Of a stretch of 64,000 bases of DNA, positions 35,501 through 48,100 are shown piece after piece. Position 1 is the first letter of the stretch. Each line of letters starts with the position of its first letter. Under the pieces are notes generated by a model. That model searched no databases. It worked only from the letters and a program-made list of their open reading frames with translations, and was not told where the DNA came from. The stretch is from positions 4,310,741 through 4,374,740 of the forward strand of contig OZ037768.1 of NCBI GenBank assembly GCA_964035545.1. Reading direction: 5' to 3'. This DNA comes from Bugula neritina (Eukaryota > Animalia > Bryozoa). The translations under genes and the position numbers were made by a program.

Positions 35501-38500
35501 ATATATAGTATTGATCATTTTCAAGAACTTGATTCTAACTGAACTAAATCTGCATTAAAAAACTGCTTGTATTTATATTTATTGTGGTTATTCCACATTA
35601 TGTGATGGTACGTTAATAAAATTTAACGAAGATGGTAGTATGATTTGGCAAACTCTACATTGTCATATCTAAAAGCAATTTAACAGCATGCAACAGTATC
35701 TTTGTATATCTTCACTAAAAATTACCACATGGAAAAAAACCGCTTTAATAATGCATGAAATTTGGAAGCCAACCGGTATTTAGATATAGTAGTTGTTACC
35801 AGACGGTTCCAAGCCCTGATAGTCAGTACTTGATTCTTCTCATCTAGTCTAAGAATCTGCACTAAGCCAAGTCCATATTTGAGAGAGATTGGTTCAGAGG
35901 AGTTTTTGACGGGTCTACCGGTAACTCCAGCCTCCTTGTATGTGTCTATGAGATCTTTTATCAGCCTCTTTTCATGCGAGAGCGCTAGATTACCTACCAA
36001 TAAAATCCAATTGTTGGTGAGTTTGATAATATCACACGCAAAAAAAACACATCATATTTTGGTAGAAAGCTGTAATGCATATTCGTAACCAAACTTTTAA
36101 ACATAAGCTATTCAGATATATAAATTATTCAAACGGCAACTTATTGAGGTTTTCAGAGTAATTCTATCTTGTTGAACGTTTAGAGCACATATTCAGTTTA
36201 ATTAAACATAATTCTACAGACTAAATATTAAATATTTATTTCCAAAACTTTAATTGTAATTAGTTGCTTACATTCAGTGAACTCTCAATATAAAAAGCAA
36301 GCAATGACATAAGAAAGAAAAGTGTATATATATTGAAAAATTCAATTAGGCTTTCTTACACTGCTATATAAAGTATACATGCAGCAAAATATTTCCCCTT
36401 ATTCAAAGATAGGTCATTCAGTAGCAAGGCAAGCTAATAAATAATATAGCTAAATATAGCAAACTCCATAAATGCAGAAGACTATCTTCAGTATGGCAAA
36501 GCAGCGTAGGCAATGAAGCATAACTTATATGACTTCTAACCTCACAAACTACGTTGCAGTTACACCTATAAAAAAAGCTTGTACAACCATTATAAAGGGC
36601 TTTTCATCTATATTTTGAATACTATTTTTATTAATGAAATTAATAAAAACATGCGCAGTGCAACAGCAAGCAAGCATAAGCGAGCTCTGACATGAAAAAC
36701 CTGTAACTGCATCTCATTCTATAGAATATGATTATAGATTTACACAACAGCTTGATGTTTACTTGATAACGAATTTGCATAGAGAATGTGCGAACTGGAT
36801 GTTGGTATGTTTTACTAAAACCGCTTCAAGGTGACAAGTAGTACCTGAGTGTAGATTTAATAGGAAATCAATCCACTCTGAATTATAAGGTGACACAAAC
36901 ACAGCTTATTGTGCTTAGCTGTCATTTCAAACACACAAATATGTAATAAATACATTATGCTATACTATGCTACAGTATACCATACTATGCTAAACTATAC
37001 TATACTATGCTGTGCTATGCTATGCTATGCTATGCTATGCTATGCTATGCTACAGTAAACCATGCTACTCTATGCCGTACTACAGTATACCATACTATGC
37101 TATGCTATACTATGCTGTAGCTATGCTATGCTATGCTATATTATGCTCTACTATGCTGTAGCTATGCTATGCTATGTTACATTATAATATTATATGATTT
37201 TGGGAATAGAACTATTAAATATGGAAATCTCTTGGATTAATGCAACTGTTGTAATAGTGGTGATAGCTAAATTCCCAGTTGGTTGAGCTAATGGTGTGTG
37301 GAGTAGATAGGACACCCCATCTAGCTGCAGATGAGCCACTTCTAAATCACTAAATCATATTATGGAAGAATCACTATATTGAGATATCCTGATTTTTGTC
37401 CCATTTACATACACACCAAGTTTATACTTGTATCTAGTCTAGGGAATTTTAATAATAGCTGCAAATGCTAATCAAACGGCCAACATAGTCATGTATACTG
37501 ACCCTATAGTTGAGCCTGTTTAGCTGAGTAAACACGAATATAGATGATAATTAGATAATCTGGGGACCAATCAATATATCCCAAATAATACTAAGTGTTA
37601 GTTGCATAGCAGACGCCTCCCCTTTGAATATATTGTGTTTCCACTGACCAGTATTGCATAATAAGTTATTTACACTTGATCTAGTTTTTACCCAACATTT
37701 TGGTAGATTCAAAAATGCTCGACTAACGCTCGCTTACAATCCCCGTTCTAAACAAGCTTCATAGAAATCCACATACACAATAAAACTAGTTATAGTGTAT
37801 AAACTGGCCAAATAACCTGTCAATATCCTTACCTTTAACTATTTTTCTACAAACTAGACACACTGATGTTAATTAAATAGATGTTAATTAAATAGAATTT
37901 ATATTTTTGAAATATGTTATCTATAAGACAAATAAGATTATTTTAAAATAAAACTGATTTAGTTTAATCAAAAGCCTGAAATCAAGTTTATAAATGTGTG
38001 TTGACAGTTAAAAGGGGATTAAACTTTTTCTAAAATAACCTCGATAATATTTACTGCATATGATGTTTTAATATTGTAATATAAAATATGTTATTTCAAA
38101 AAAGTAGAGTAGTGTGGGATAGAGGCATTCATGTCAATTTACTATGAGATCATGAATTAATCAGCTATGATATACCTTGATTTGCAAACAGGTGAAGTTA
38201 ATTAGTAAATTAGCTCATACGCTGTCTAATGGCCAATGTTCAATGAACTGTCTGCTGCCGTTACAAACATGGATTTGCACTAATTGCCTTAACTTTCAAA
38301 CTCAGTACAACGCAAGCTGAGCATGTTGATAAATATTTTTCAAAGTTAACTTCTATTCAAGATAGTTATTAGCCTCTAATTAGAATAACAATCTCATTGT
38401 TTTGGGAGGTACAAACAAGAATTCTTATATGACAAGTTGAAAAATTAAAGCATTGTTTTAAGGCATGACAGAGATGGTGTGATTTAGTAAGTTATAAGTC

Positions 38501-41500
38501 AAAGAGCTGGTTCTTTGAGTGCAGTCACTCAACCTGGTAAATTACCATTCTATTGAATATAACAGCCATGTGGATACTTGGGTGTTGGCATTAATTTTAC
38601 TTATAACTATTCAATTATATTTAAAAAATATGCCAGAAGTTTGAATTAAGTGGTTAATAACAGTTTTGCCAAATTTATCAGCATTCTAAAATTTACTTTT
38701 GATACGTAAATTTAGTAAATTACTTGCAATGATATGAAGCAACTGTATTGTAATAGGATATATTGCATTGGGAGAATAAGATGATTAAAATGTAGTAATT
38801 GCAACCAAATAATACCAAGTAATCATTTTGTACCATGAAATAACGCTCAAATACAATTAGCTGTAACCAGAAAAACCAAAACCATCAAAAAATCCAGTTA
38901 ATTTTTTATCTCAAAGTTGTTTAAATGTTATAAGAAAAAAATTTCCGTATTATATAATCTATTTCAAATGTAATATAGGATTATGATATCAGATTTTAAG
39001 CATATGGTACATTTTAAATAATCAGTTGTTAGTAATAATATAAAATAAATTTAAGAGAAAAAGATGTTGTTTAAATTAAAGCATGAAGCAATAAATATTA
39101 TATTTCAAATAAAACAACTGTAGAACAATTGTTGAATAATTACTATATGAAATCTTACGTACTATGTACCACATGGTTGTTACTTCTAAACAGATAAATT
39201 CTAGTCTTTCCTTACTGAATATGTCAATAAACACCATATTAGAAAGTTTTCTTACCTTTACCAACTCTTGATCCGGGAATGGAAAGATGCTTGTTAGTGT
39301 TACATAAATGCAGAAGACATAACAATACTAATAATACTCCTGTATACGTTGAACACATGACAAGGCATTCAGCTCATGGTGGTACCCAACACAGCAGTAC
39401 CAAAATCTTTTTTAACAATAATGCCTTTCTAAAACATGGCTGCTGAGCTGATCTGATGAAGGTACGGTGGCAGCAAGCAGTGCTACACAATACAATGCAT
39501 TAGCCAACAGTTAGTGGTCACTCCCAGCTTCATAGTGAAATGGGATCAATCACAACTGCATGCAGTAAATTGTTTTCCAATAAATATAGGAAGTCAACTA
39601 TAGGCTTGATTCAACTCAACCACGCGTGAACTCTATAGTAGATTAGCATAGGATTTCTATTTATAATTCAGTATAAATACTCATACTGTATTTCAGATAG
39701 AAACTACCGTGAAAAACAAATAAACAAGTTTTAAGGCTGAGTGTTTAGCGATGTCTGTTTTTATGAAAATATTATTTATTCGAAAAATAAAAAAATAAAG
39801 TTTGAATTATTTTGCTACACATAATATAAATTCATATTATACACTGTTTAGAAATTTTTCAACTTAATTTTGTCTATTAGTTTCACTTTTAATAAATAAT
39901 ATAAACAAGGCACTAATGAGAAGCTTTCATTTATGTCAGCAAATGTTTTGATATTCAAACTATGATTCTAGGATGGCATTATCTGGTTTTATTATAAAAT
40001 TATATAGCAAAAGTAATTTTTAATGAAAAAAGTGTCAATATTATCAAATCAGCCAAAACTACTTCTCATTCTATTTTTTGACATTGTATGGTGTAAGTTA
40101 TAGTACATGTGTACCAAGAGGTTCGGTAGATGCAAGAGAAACTAACTCCAAACAAGTATTTTTTATAAATAATTATGCAATAAAAATATATGTAGTGCAT
40201 TTAATTGAAGTATAAAGAAATGGAACATCAAAAATATGATACTTTATTAAAGTAAATGTTATTGGTGTAAAAACTAAAATAGAGGTAAAGCAAATTAAAT
40301 ATGTTCCTTTGATAAAAGTTCTTCTTTCACACTTGTTTAGTTTTCAAGAAAAATGCATTTTATGATTCATGAATATTGAACATAAATGCCATATTACATG
40401 TCAGTATGCAATTTACCTACATGTGCAGGTAAAAGTAAAGTTTTTAATGTATTTAATAATCAAATTGCATTATGATTTATTATCTGCAGGGTGAGAGTTC
40501 AAAGTTCGATGTTTAAGTCTTGAAATTTCAATCATAAATTGGAATTTTTTCTATAGTCTACGCAGTCTATGCAGTGATGAGTTATTCAGCAACATGAGCA
40601 CAAGCAATAGACAAAGCATATTTTTAGTTTTTACAACAGCGCTTGGATATGCATGCAAAACTATGCACAACAAAGCTACACAACTATATTAGATTATATT
40701 ATTATGCAGCTGGAATAATAATACAACAGTATCCAATACACAAACCTTACCATGGGATCAGTTTTAAAGAAATCCAAAGCGGTATATTTCATTAAAAAAC
40801 AAAAAGTTAGCTTAAGTAACATTTACATAAAATTTGCAAAATTTATTCTCTGTGAAACAATTGCTGGCTATAACAAGCTAACGGAGGGGTGAAATATCTC
40901 AAGATTTTTCAAAAACATCTTTTATACATTCAACACCAAAATTTTGCTTATGAACTGCCAGAATTTTAAATAATTCCTAATTAACGTGTCATTTTTTTGC
41001 AGACAAAATTAAGAATCAAACAAAGTCTTGCGTGTGCACGTGGCTCAGGCTATTTGCAGTGTTGAGTAAATGTTGGTAACAGTCATAGGTAAGGAAGCAA
41101 TTTCTTTAGACGAATCACTTATTGTTTTTTATTCTATATGGTGTTTTAGTAGTCTGTTGAAATATTTAAAAAAGTTTTTTTAGATATTTTTGCTCATCAC
41201 TAATTATTAAGATAATGATGAAATGCCACTGCTGCACAAAAGTTATTTTCTCACTGCAAAAGAGTGAGCACAATTCCCAAAAATTGCAAATCTAAATGAA
41301 AAATAAAGCTCTAAAACCAAAAAGGACACCATGCATTAAGGCATTTACTTAGTAAATTACAGTATATTTGTTAATTACAGTACTTAGTAAAAGTAGCGAG
41401 TCTTTGTAAAGACATGTGCTTGCTTGTAAATACTTTATTTTTAACTGTATTTAATCAGCTAATTACTAATATATTAAAAGTTTTCCCATGAACGACTATG

Positions 41501-44500
41501 ATGCAAGACAACTTTGCATTTCTCAGACACATTCCATTAATATGAACAATTTTTAGAATAATAGAAAACCTAAGTAAATTATGCAATATTAACACGCCTA
41601 ACTCAAAAACACTTTTTATGAGCAATTTACTTTAACAGAACTAAGGTTAGGCTGATAAAAATGCGTGAATTTTTGTTTTGAAATGAAAGTTTGCGCAAAG
41701 TATTTAGTATTAAATTCTGCTATTGTTCTGCACATAGACATTGCATTCATATCACAGCTAGCCATACATATTCATAAGTGCTAAAAAGAGTCAGTTGAAC
41801 ATAATATCTAAGCAAAGCTTAAAGTTTAATACATTAAATCGTTAAATCTGGATGACCTTTTAATTGTATAACAAAATTTGTTGTTGACCAGTTTTAGAAC
41901 CAGATGAGTTATTTACACTTACTAGGTTTATTTTTATAGATCAATAAATGTAGAAGCAGTTATAATAGCATGTGTTTATTTGATTCTTCAAGTACGTGCA
42001 TATACATACATGCTACAACGGCTATTGGTCATATGACACCAGATAACCTGGCTAAACTTATAGCAATTGATTGTCAATGTAGAGATTGATGAAAAGTAAA
42101 CAACCAGAAATTAAACTTAAAGTCAACATTTGCTTTTAATTTAGTTAGCAGTATAATCTGCAACATGCATAGTATAAATCAATTTATATCAATTTATTGT
42201 ACAGTTGGTAAGTCATTGTGAAATTGGTATTGCAACAGCGACTGGTTTTAAAATGCTTTAAAGTATTATATATTATAGCAGTTTTTATGTTAACCAGCCC
42301 ATAACCATAACTCTGATCTCAGCATAAGATAGACTTGAGTTTTCTAAATATATTACAATTACAAAAAGGCACAATATAATGTAATACACAAACAAATAAA
42401 ATTACTTCGAGATTTTTATTTTTACAATAAATATATAGGATAGATAGATTAAGCATTGTATATACTAGAAAGGATCTAATAGCAGACTTGGGTATAACTG
42501 TTACGTAAACTGCTTGAATATTTTCTTTAGGAATTCATACTGGGCAACCCGCGAAGGCCAGCCTTGCTAATTAATAGCAGATGTTTCAGCACGTAGAGGC
42601 TCAAACAGTGCTCACAGTGGTAGACTGGGTATTGCCTCTAAACTGATACCTTTAGATTAATCTAAACTTCTAGCAAAACTTTTGACTGCAACATTTTTTG
42701 GCTAAGTTGGTAAAGAATCTTTAAAGTTGAAGTAATTGAAATTTTAAGTGGCCTAGTATTTTTTCACTTTTTCATTTCAAAATTAAAAAACAAATTAAAC
42801 ATGTATATTAGAAAGTCCTGATGAAATGATTTAAGTTAGCCACTGTAATTATTAGCTAATTGCTCTTTTGACATAATAAGATGGTATTACACTTGCATTA
42901 ATTAACATGCATCTTAAAACTATTTCTGTGCACTTCAGAAGAGAACTATAAATCTATGAAGGGAAATACAAAAGCTTGATTGGATCCTTCAACCATAATT
43001 TCGATGAATGATTTGAAAAAAAGTAACAATGTTTTATTATTGAAATCACATGCCATATTAACTCTATTCAACTAAGCAACAGCTTTGATGAAGCATGTAT
43101 TTTATATTTTCAATGTCATAACTTCACTTTATTGAATATTTAAAACACATTTTAATTTTTGCACCGCTATAAGTGGCTGTTCACTATATTATACTCTATT
43201 TTTAAAGTTGTAGTTTTGATTCTTAATTCTTCATTGGAAAAGAATACATACGCTTCTAGTAAATGACTGCTTATATTTTTGTTCTTATAGGTCAGGTTTT
43301 AGCCATATAATTTTTACTTTGACATGATTTCTCAAATAACTAACTCACTCTGTTGTGTTGGTGCCCAAAAAATTTATTCTACTTTGTACTCAATCTCTAC
43401 AGTTACTTCATGTAGCCCTAGTTCCAATGCCCAGACAATAAATGCTACAAGTATATACTAATACAACATCAGCCTTAAGATTAAACCTAGATTCAGCTAG
43501 TACTCGACTATGATCAATTTGTTTTAACTTTCTATAGAAAGCATTATTTTATAATCTTAAAAACACGCAATAAAATAATTTCTAACAAAATGCTGATGAG
43601 TTTCTTATTGACTAAAATACAGAACTTTAAGTAGAAAATGTGCAAGTTCACCATAATATAAACTATAGATTATTTAAACCTGGTAGCCAAAGTTGTCTTC
43701 TCTATAGAAAATAATGGTTTCCCCCTCATGTGTTTTCCCTTGTTAAGCAAGAAGGCAGAGTTTTATTTGTGATTATCTATATGACTGCAATGTGAAATCG
43801 AGTAACAAAAATAAGAAGTTAACTTGCCAGACATGCTAAATGACAACTTAACAATACAACTTTGCGCTTCCTATATTAAATTCTCAATACTACCTCGTTT
43901 CCTGTAATACTAAGCTCCTTATGGTTAGTCTGAGATCTCTGTAGTCATTAGCCTGAGAGCCAGAGTTACACTCTATATCTTACAGCCTACCGGATTTGTA
44001 ATCTTAGTCACTACCATTATGTGCAACTTATTTTTTGAGTTCAGCCTTCAACCATGCAAACAATCCAAAGCTAATAATGAAATTTTCATCAAAGCTACTT
44101 TTTATCGCTTAAATAGTTCATTTTTATTAATTGCAGTCAAGTATTTGACCAGAAGCAAAACTTTAATGCTATGGTTACCAGTTTTTCTGTCCTAGCACCT
44201 CTGCATTAAAAAACCAATTTCAAGCCAAAACTGACTATAAGTAGCTCAAATAAATATTAGGTGAATAAAAACCTTGCTAATATTCTAATAACTATAATAA
44301 AATCACTTTAAATCCTAAATTGCCTGTGTGTACAAAGTCAAGTTTGCTAGCTGTTAAGGTGTTGGGTCCTAAGTGTGCATGAAACGTTAGCAATAGAAAA
44401 AATAGTAAGCTATACCAGGTCCTGATTGCCTATAATAGGCCTCTACGTAGTTTTGAACTTCCAGAATAAATCTGGTGCAGATTAGAGTAGCTACTAATAG

Positions 44501-45148
44501 TTCAAGTTGTACAAACTTGGTTTGGGGGTCAAATTGGACGTCTAAATTGCCAGCTGTTGACTCACCGCAATGAAAAGGAAACGGAGATTAGCATTCATGT
44601 TGTCAATAAGCAAGCAGCACCGTAATCATTAAGTGCAGAAATTCATAACACTATCAATAATTTCTATAGTAGTCCCGAGTGTTTACGCAAGTCAAGTATC
44701 ATTAACATAAATAAATCAATGCCTCCTAAACACTGCTGGTAATTATTACTTTATTATAACCTAATTTTATATACTCTGCACTTTGATTTATGTTTAAACT
44801 TTTTATTGCAACTCGTACAAGTGAGTGCATAATACTATAATTATCCTTTGACATGCAAAACTGTAGTTTTTACAGAATCGGGTATCAATACCGGTAGCTT
44901 TTTTAAAACCAAGCTATCGTTAGTAAGCAAACTTTATTAATGTGCTATGTATTGTGCTTCTATCTATATCAGGACTTTGACTACTGCACAGTGTTCATGT
45001 AATCATGTCATCAACTTGATTTTTTGCCCTACTATTTGGAAATGATGCAACACCAGGGTAAAGGAGGCTTACCTGGTTTGAGAAAGTTTCCATTGCTAGA
45101 GGAAGTTAGAAACAGTACCACTGAGCATACATAAATATAAACCTTCAT
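29508..45148 (-). CDS. Nicotinic acetylcholine receptor alpha subunit of the anion-selective (PAK) lophotrochozoan clade (nAChR-3), with alternative first exons and two mutually exclusive exon pairs
   Basis: First exon 45148-45073 or 39358-39256; then 35993-35800, 35454-35345, 34455-34254, 33952-33806, [33408-33303 or 33075-32970], [31843-31757 or 31359-31273], 30384-30266, 30005-29508 (TAG). All phase-compatible. VLYNYADDRL, Cys-loop [15 protein letters not shown], loop [18 protein letters not shown](P/A)AKMQ. Confidence 0.92.
31273..31359 (-). CDS. nAChR-3 alternative exon B2 (M2 + M2-M3 loop)
   Basis: AG/GTACT-bounded, 87 nt, phase 1 to 1. Encodes (G)[28 protein letters not shown](G). Confidence 0.9.
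31409..31728 (-). promoter_or_regulatory. Two intronic RNA hairpins, possibly closed as a multibranch structure, between exons B1 and B2
   Basis: Stem 31419-31458 with 31501-31537; stem 31582-31606 with 31682-31706; closing 7-bp helix 31409-31415 with 31722-31728. Confidence 0.62.
31757..31843 (-). CDS. nAChR-3 alternative exon B1 (M2 + M2-M3 loop)
   Basis: AG/GTAAC-bounded, 87 nt, phase 1 to 1. Encodes (G)[28 protein letters not shown](G). Confidence 0.92.
32970..33075 (-). CDS. nAChR-3 alternative exon A2 (M1 + selectivity filter, AAK)
   Basis: AG/GTAAGC-bounded, 106 nt, phase 0 to 1. Encodes [35 protein letters not shown](G). Confidence 0.92.
33127..33263 (-). promoter_or_regulatory. Intronic RNA hairpin between exons A1 and A2 (candidate splicing-control structure)
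   Basis: Arm 33127-33154 aaggtataccaataattccagagctctg is a near-perfect inverted repeat of 33234-33263 cagagctctagaaatgtattggtatgcctt. Confidence 0.65.
33303..33408 (-). CDS. nAChR-3 alternative exon A1 (M1 + selectivity filter, PAK)
   Basis: AG/GTGAGT-bounded, 106 nt, phase 0 to 1. Encodes [35 protein letters not shown](G). Confidence 0.92.
36955..37180. repeat. (TATGC)n pentanucleotide microsatellite
   Basis: Direct tandem copies in nAChR-3 intron 1. Confidence 0.9.
39256..39358 (-). CDS. nAChR-3 proximal first coding exon (signal peptide)
   Basis: Encodes [34 protein letters not shown] followed by a phase-1 GTAAG donor; in-frame stop upstream of the ATG. Confidence 0.75.
45073..45148 (-). 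CDS. nAChR-3 distal alternative first coding exon (signal peptide)
   Basis: Encodes [25 protein letters not shown] followed by a phase-1 AG|GTAAGC donor, in frame with exon 35993-35800. Confidence 0.68.
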
Positions 45149-48100
45149 TTCCAGTCTCTTCCCCACGACTAAAATATATTATATTATATTACATCATAAT
45201 ATATTATATTATATTATACTAATATTACTATACTATATTGATAACAAAAAGCTAAGCTGGTGGTCTGCTGCTCAATGTAGTCATTTTCAGTTTCATTTGT
45301 CAATTACCGGGTAACTTAAATTAAAAACAAAAAGAAATAAACTGTAATTTTGACTATACTCGTAACATCAGTTGATGTGTTTACATAATTGAAAACATTT
45401 AAAAACCTTTACTGCATTTGGCAGGCTAAAATGAGAGAGAGGTTGCTTGCAAGAGATAATGTTGTGTAAAATCATGAAACAATCGAAAACAAAGCATTAC
45501 CAATTGAAGCTCCGATACTTATTATTAAATTTTGAGTATTAAGCCCTGACCCTGATAAGAGATTAGGCAGCGAAAATGTCCTGACTGGAAGCATCGAATT
45601 TGTAAACAAACATTTAAAAGTGTTAGAGTTTTAATTTAGACAAACAAAATTATAATGTGTGCGGAAGATATAATATAGCATTAGAAAAAGGTATATAAAA
45701 CCACAATACACCTGGGATATTGTAGCTGGGAGATGTTATATACTGGAGTTTGTCTAGAAATTAACTACTCAGTAATTTGATTGTTTTAATTTAAGATTTC
45801 TTTCTCAAGGATACAGAAGCATCTTGCATGCACAAGCAATAGAAATGATACAGCTACTCCTTGGAATAAGATAATTGTTATAAAGTTATAAATTTTCTTA
45901 GTTGTATTAAAATTAAGTCCACATCCTCATGAATAATTGCCTAGAATTACCATAGATTAATGTAGTGCTTTATACAATAATAAAACTGGCTGTAGCAGAT
46001 ATAAATTATTTTTGATTTAACTTTAGATAATATAAAACAGCAAAATTTATAAATATAACATTTATTGCTATACCTAGTCTAGTCCTAAACAGATGCGCAG
46101 CACACGCCGAAGACTTGCATCCAGTAGTTTAGTTGAAACTTTCCGCACTTAGTAGCCTTAGGTCTACAAGCATAAGTAATTAAACTCAAAGTAAACATTA
46201 ATATTAGAATGTGTAGAAATGTAATGACAGTAAGTCCTCAGAGAAATACTTGAGATAAATCTAATCTCTAGGTTCAAGTATTAACTGATTGATGATGCTT
46301 ACCTGTGCAGGCAGCGTCCCCTGGCAGCAATGCTTCTATCTGCCCGGCAGCAATGCACTAAGCTGTATTAAAATATTCACTGCAAACACGCCAGCTGATT
46401 CCTACTGCGTCTAATCTACAGAGCAAAAGATTTATTGGGAATATCAGAACTCAAATCTAATTGCAATTTTCCTCCGCTCCATTGTACTTTTATTGATATA
46501 AGGAGAAATGACAGAGATAAATAGTTAAATCACGAATAAACATTAAACCACTTTTTTTTTGTAAAACAGATTTATTTATTCTTTAAAAACCTGTTGAGCT
46601 AAATCAAAAATTTAATTAGTTGTTCAAATAGTTATACAAGAGATTATCTAACTTACCGGCTGCTGGTTGACATGTGATACGTATAGTAATGCTGAAAATA
46701 TTAACTTTGTGTATGCTCAAGTTGATCAAGTTTCCATATTGATCTTTGATAAATTTCAAAAAACAAGCGGTTAAAAAATGGAACAGTTGTACAGTAAAAT
46801 TGCAATTGTAACAATTTGTATGGTAGAATAGCTTATTAGATAAATTACATAGTAAACAACTTCGTTTTTTTCACAGGTTACAGCACATTCAGTCGCAAAA
46901 GAGCATGCCAACATTGTTTTAATATTATAACAGCAAAAGTTTTCAAAAGCTATATCAATTGTAATAAGCCATCAAACAAACTTTAAATTGACAAAAAAGT
47001 TTAAGTATACAATTTTTTTAAGGATAACATTACAATTTCATACTGTCTTGCATTATTATTAGTAATAACTTAACGTATCTGCAGCATTGTGTATAAAAAC
47101 CAACTCTTATAATTTTGTCAAATTTGAATTTTAAAGAAGTTTTTTCTATGCTACATACAATTTAAATCACCAAACATGAATAATCATGAGTCATTACTAA
47201 CCTTATAAACACTCTCAACAACTACATAGTGCGTGTTTGGTGGAAGCATGAAGCTTACTGCTACTCATTGTTATTCTGTGGTGTGTATACTGCAGCACAA
47301 GTTGCTAAACTGCTGCCTATCTATTAACACTTCGTTAAGAGTTGAATTAATTATATAAGGCTGGGCTACAAATACCCAATGACCAACCACTGATAGTACT
47401 GCTGGTTACAATAATATATCACCGCAGCACTGCTGTTACCAAAGCAGCTTATATCATATTGGAGAGAGCAACTTCTAAATTAGATTTATGGCAATTATAT
47501 CTATGCCTAATTGCATTTAGGTACTTTCAATACACATATGATCCATTGAAGATCATTGACAACTGGCTGAGATTTTTTGTCGGAGTGTTAAAAGTGTTTA
47601 GGGCAAGATATAAATATAGTTCCACCAAGATATCGCTGCAAACCACAAGCCAATAACAGCCTAGATAAATAATTCTATACAATCAAAAACACAATTATGA
47701 TAACCAAATCTATGCAAGTATTATTATATATTATTACAATCATTAGCATGTAAATTCTGTAGCATATTACAACATGGTTATTTTAAGCAATGTTGCTAAA
47801 TGTTAAGCATATTAATTTTTTTACACTACACATATCTAGCTATGAAATTTTGTATTTATACTTACCAACAATAACTTTATAGAGTGTAGAAGACTAGGTC
47901 AGCTTGAATGGTCAGCGAGTAGGCAAATGAGACACTTTCATGCTCTACTTTTAGCATGCAGTATTTGCAGTTTAAATTAAATTTCTAATCACTTAAGGTT
48001 GAGTGGTGACTGGTTACAATGAAACAGCAACACTCTTCTTGATTAGTAGCAATTATTTTAATTAGCATGTCCTCTCATAATGTCAAGTGAATTCATCTCC

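Noticed and set aside
40751-47941. Other ATG-plus-donor candidates for coding first exons (40751-40792, 44566-44598, 46303+, 46657+, 47866-47941)
   Set aside because: Wrong phase for exon 35993, in-frame stops, or no suitable ATG; at most non-coding exons.
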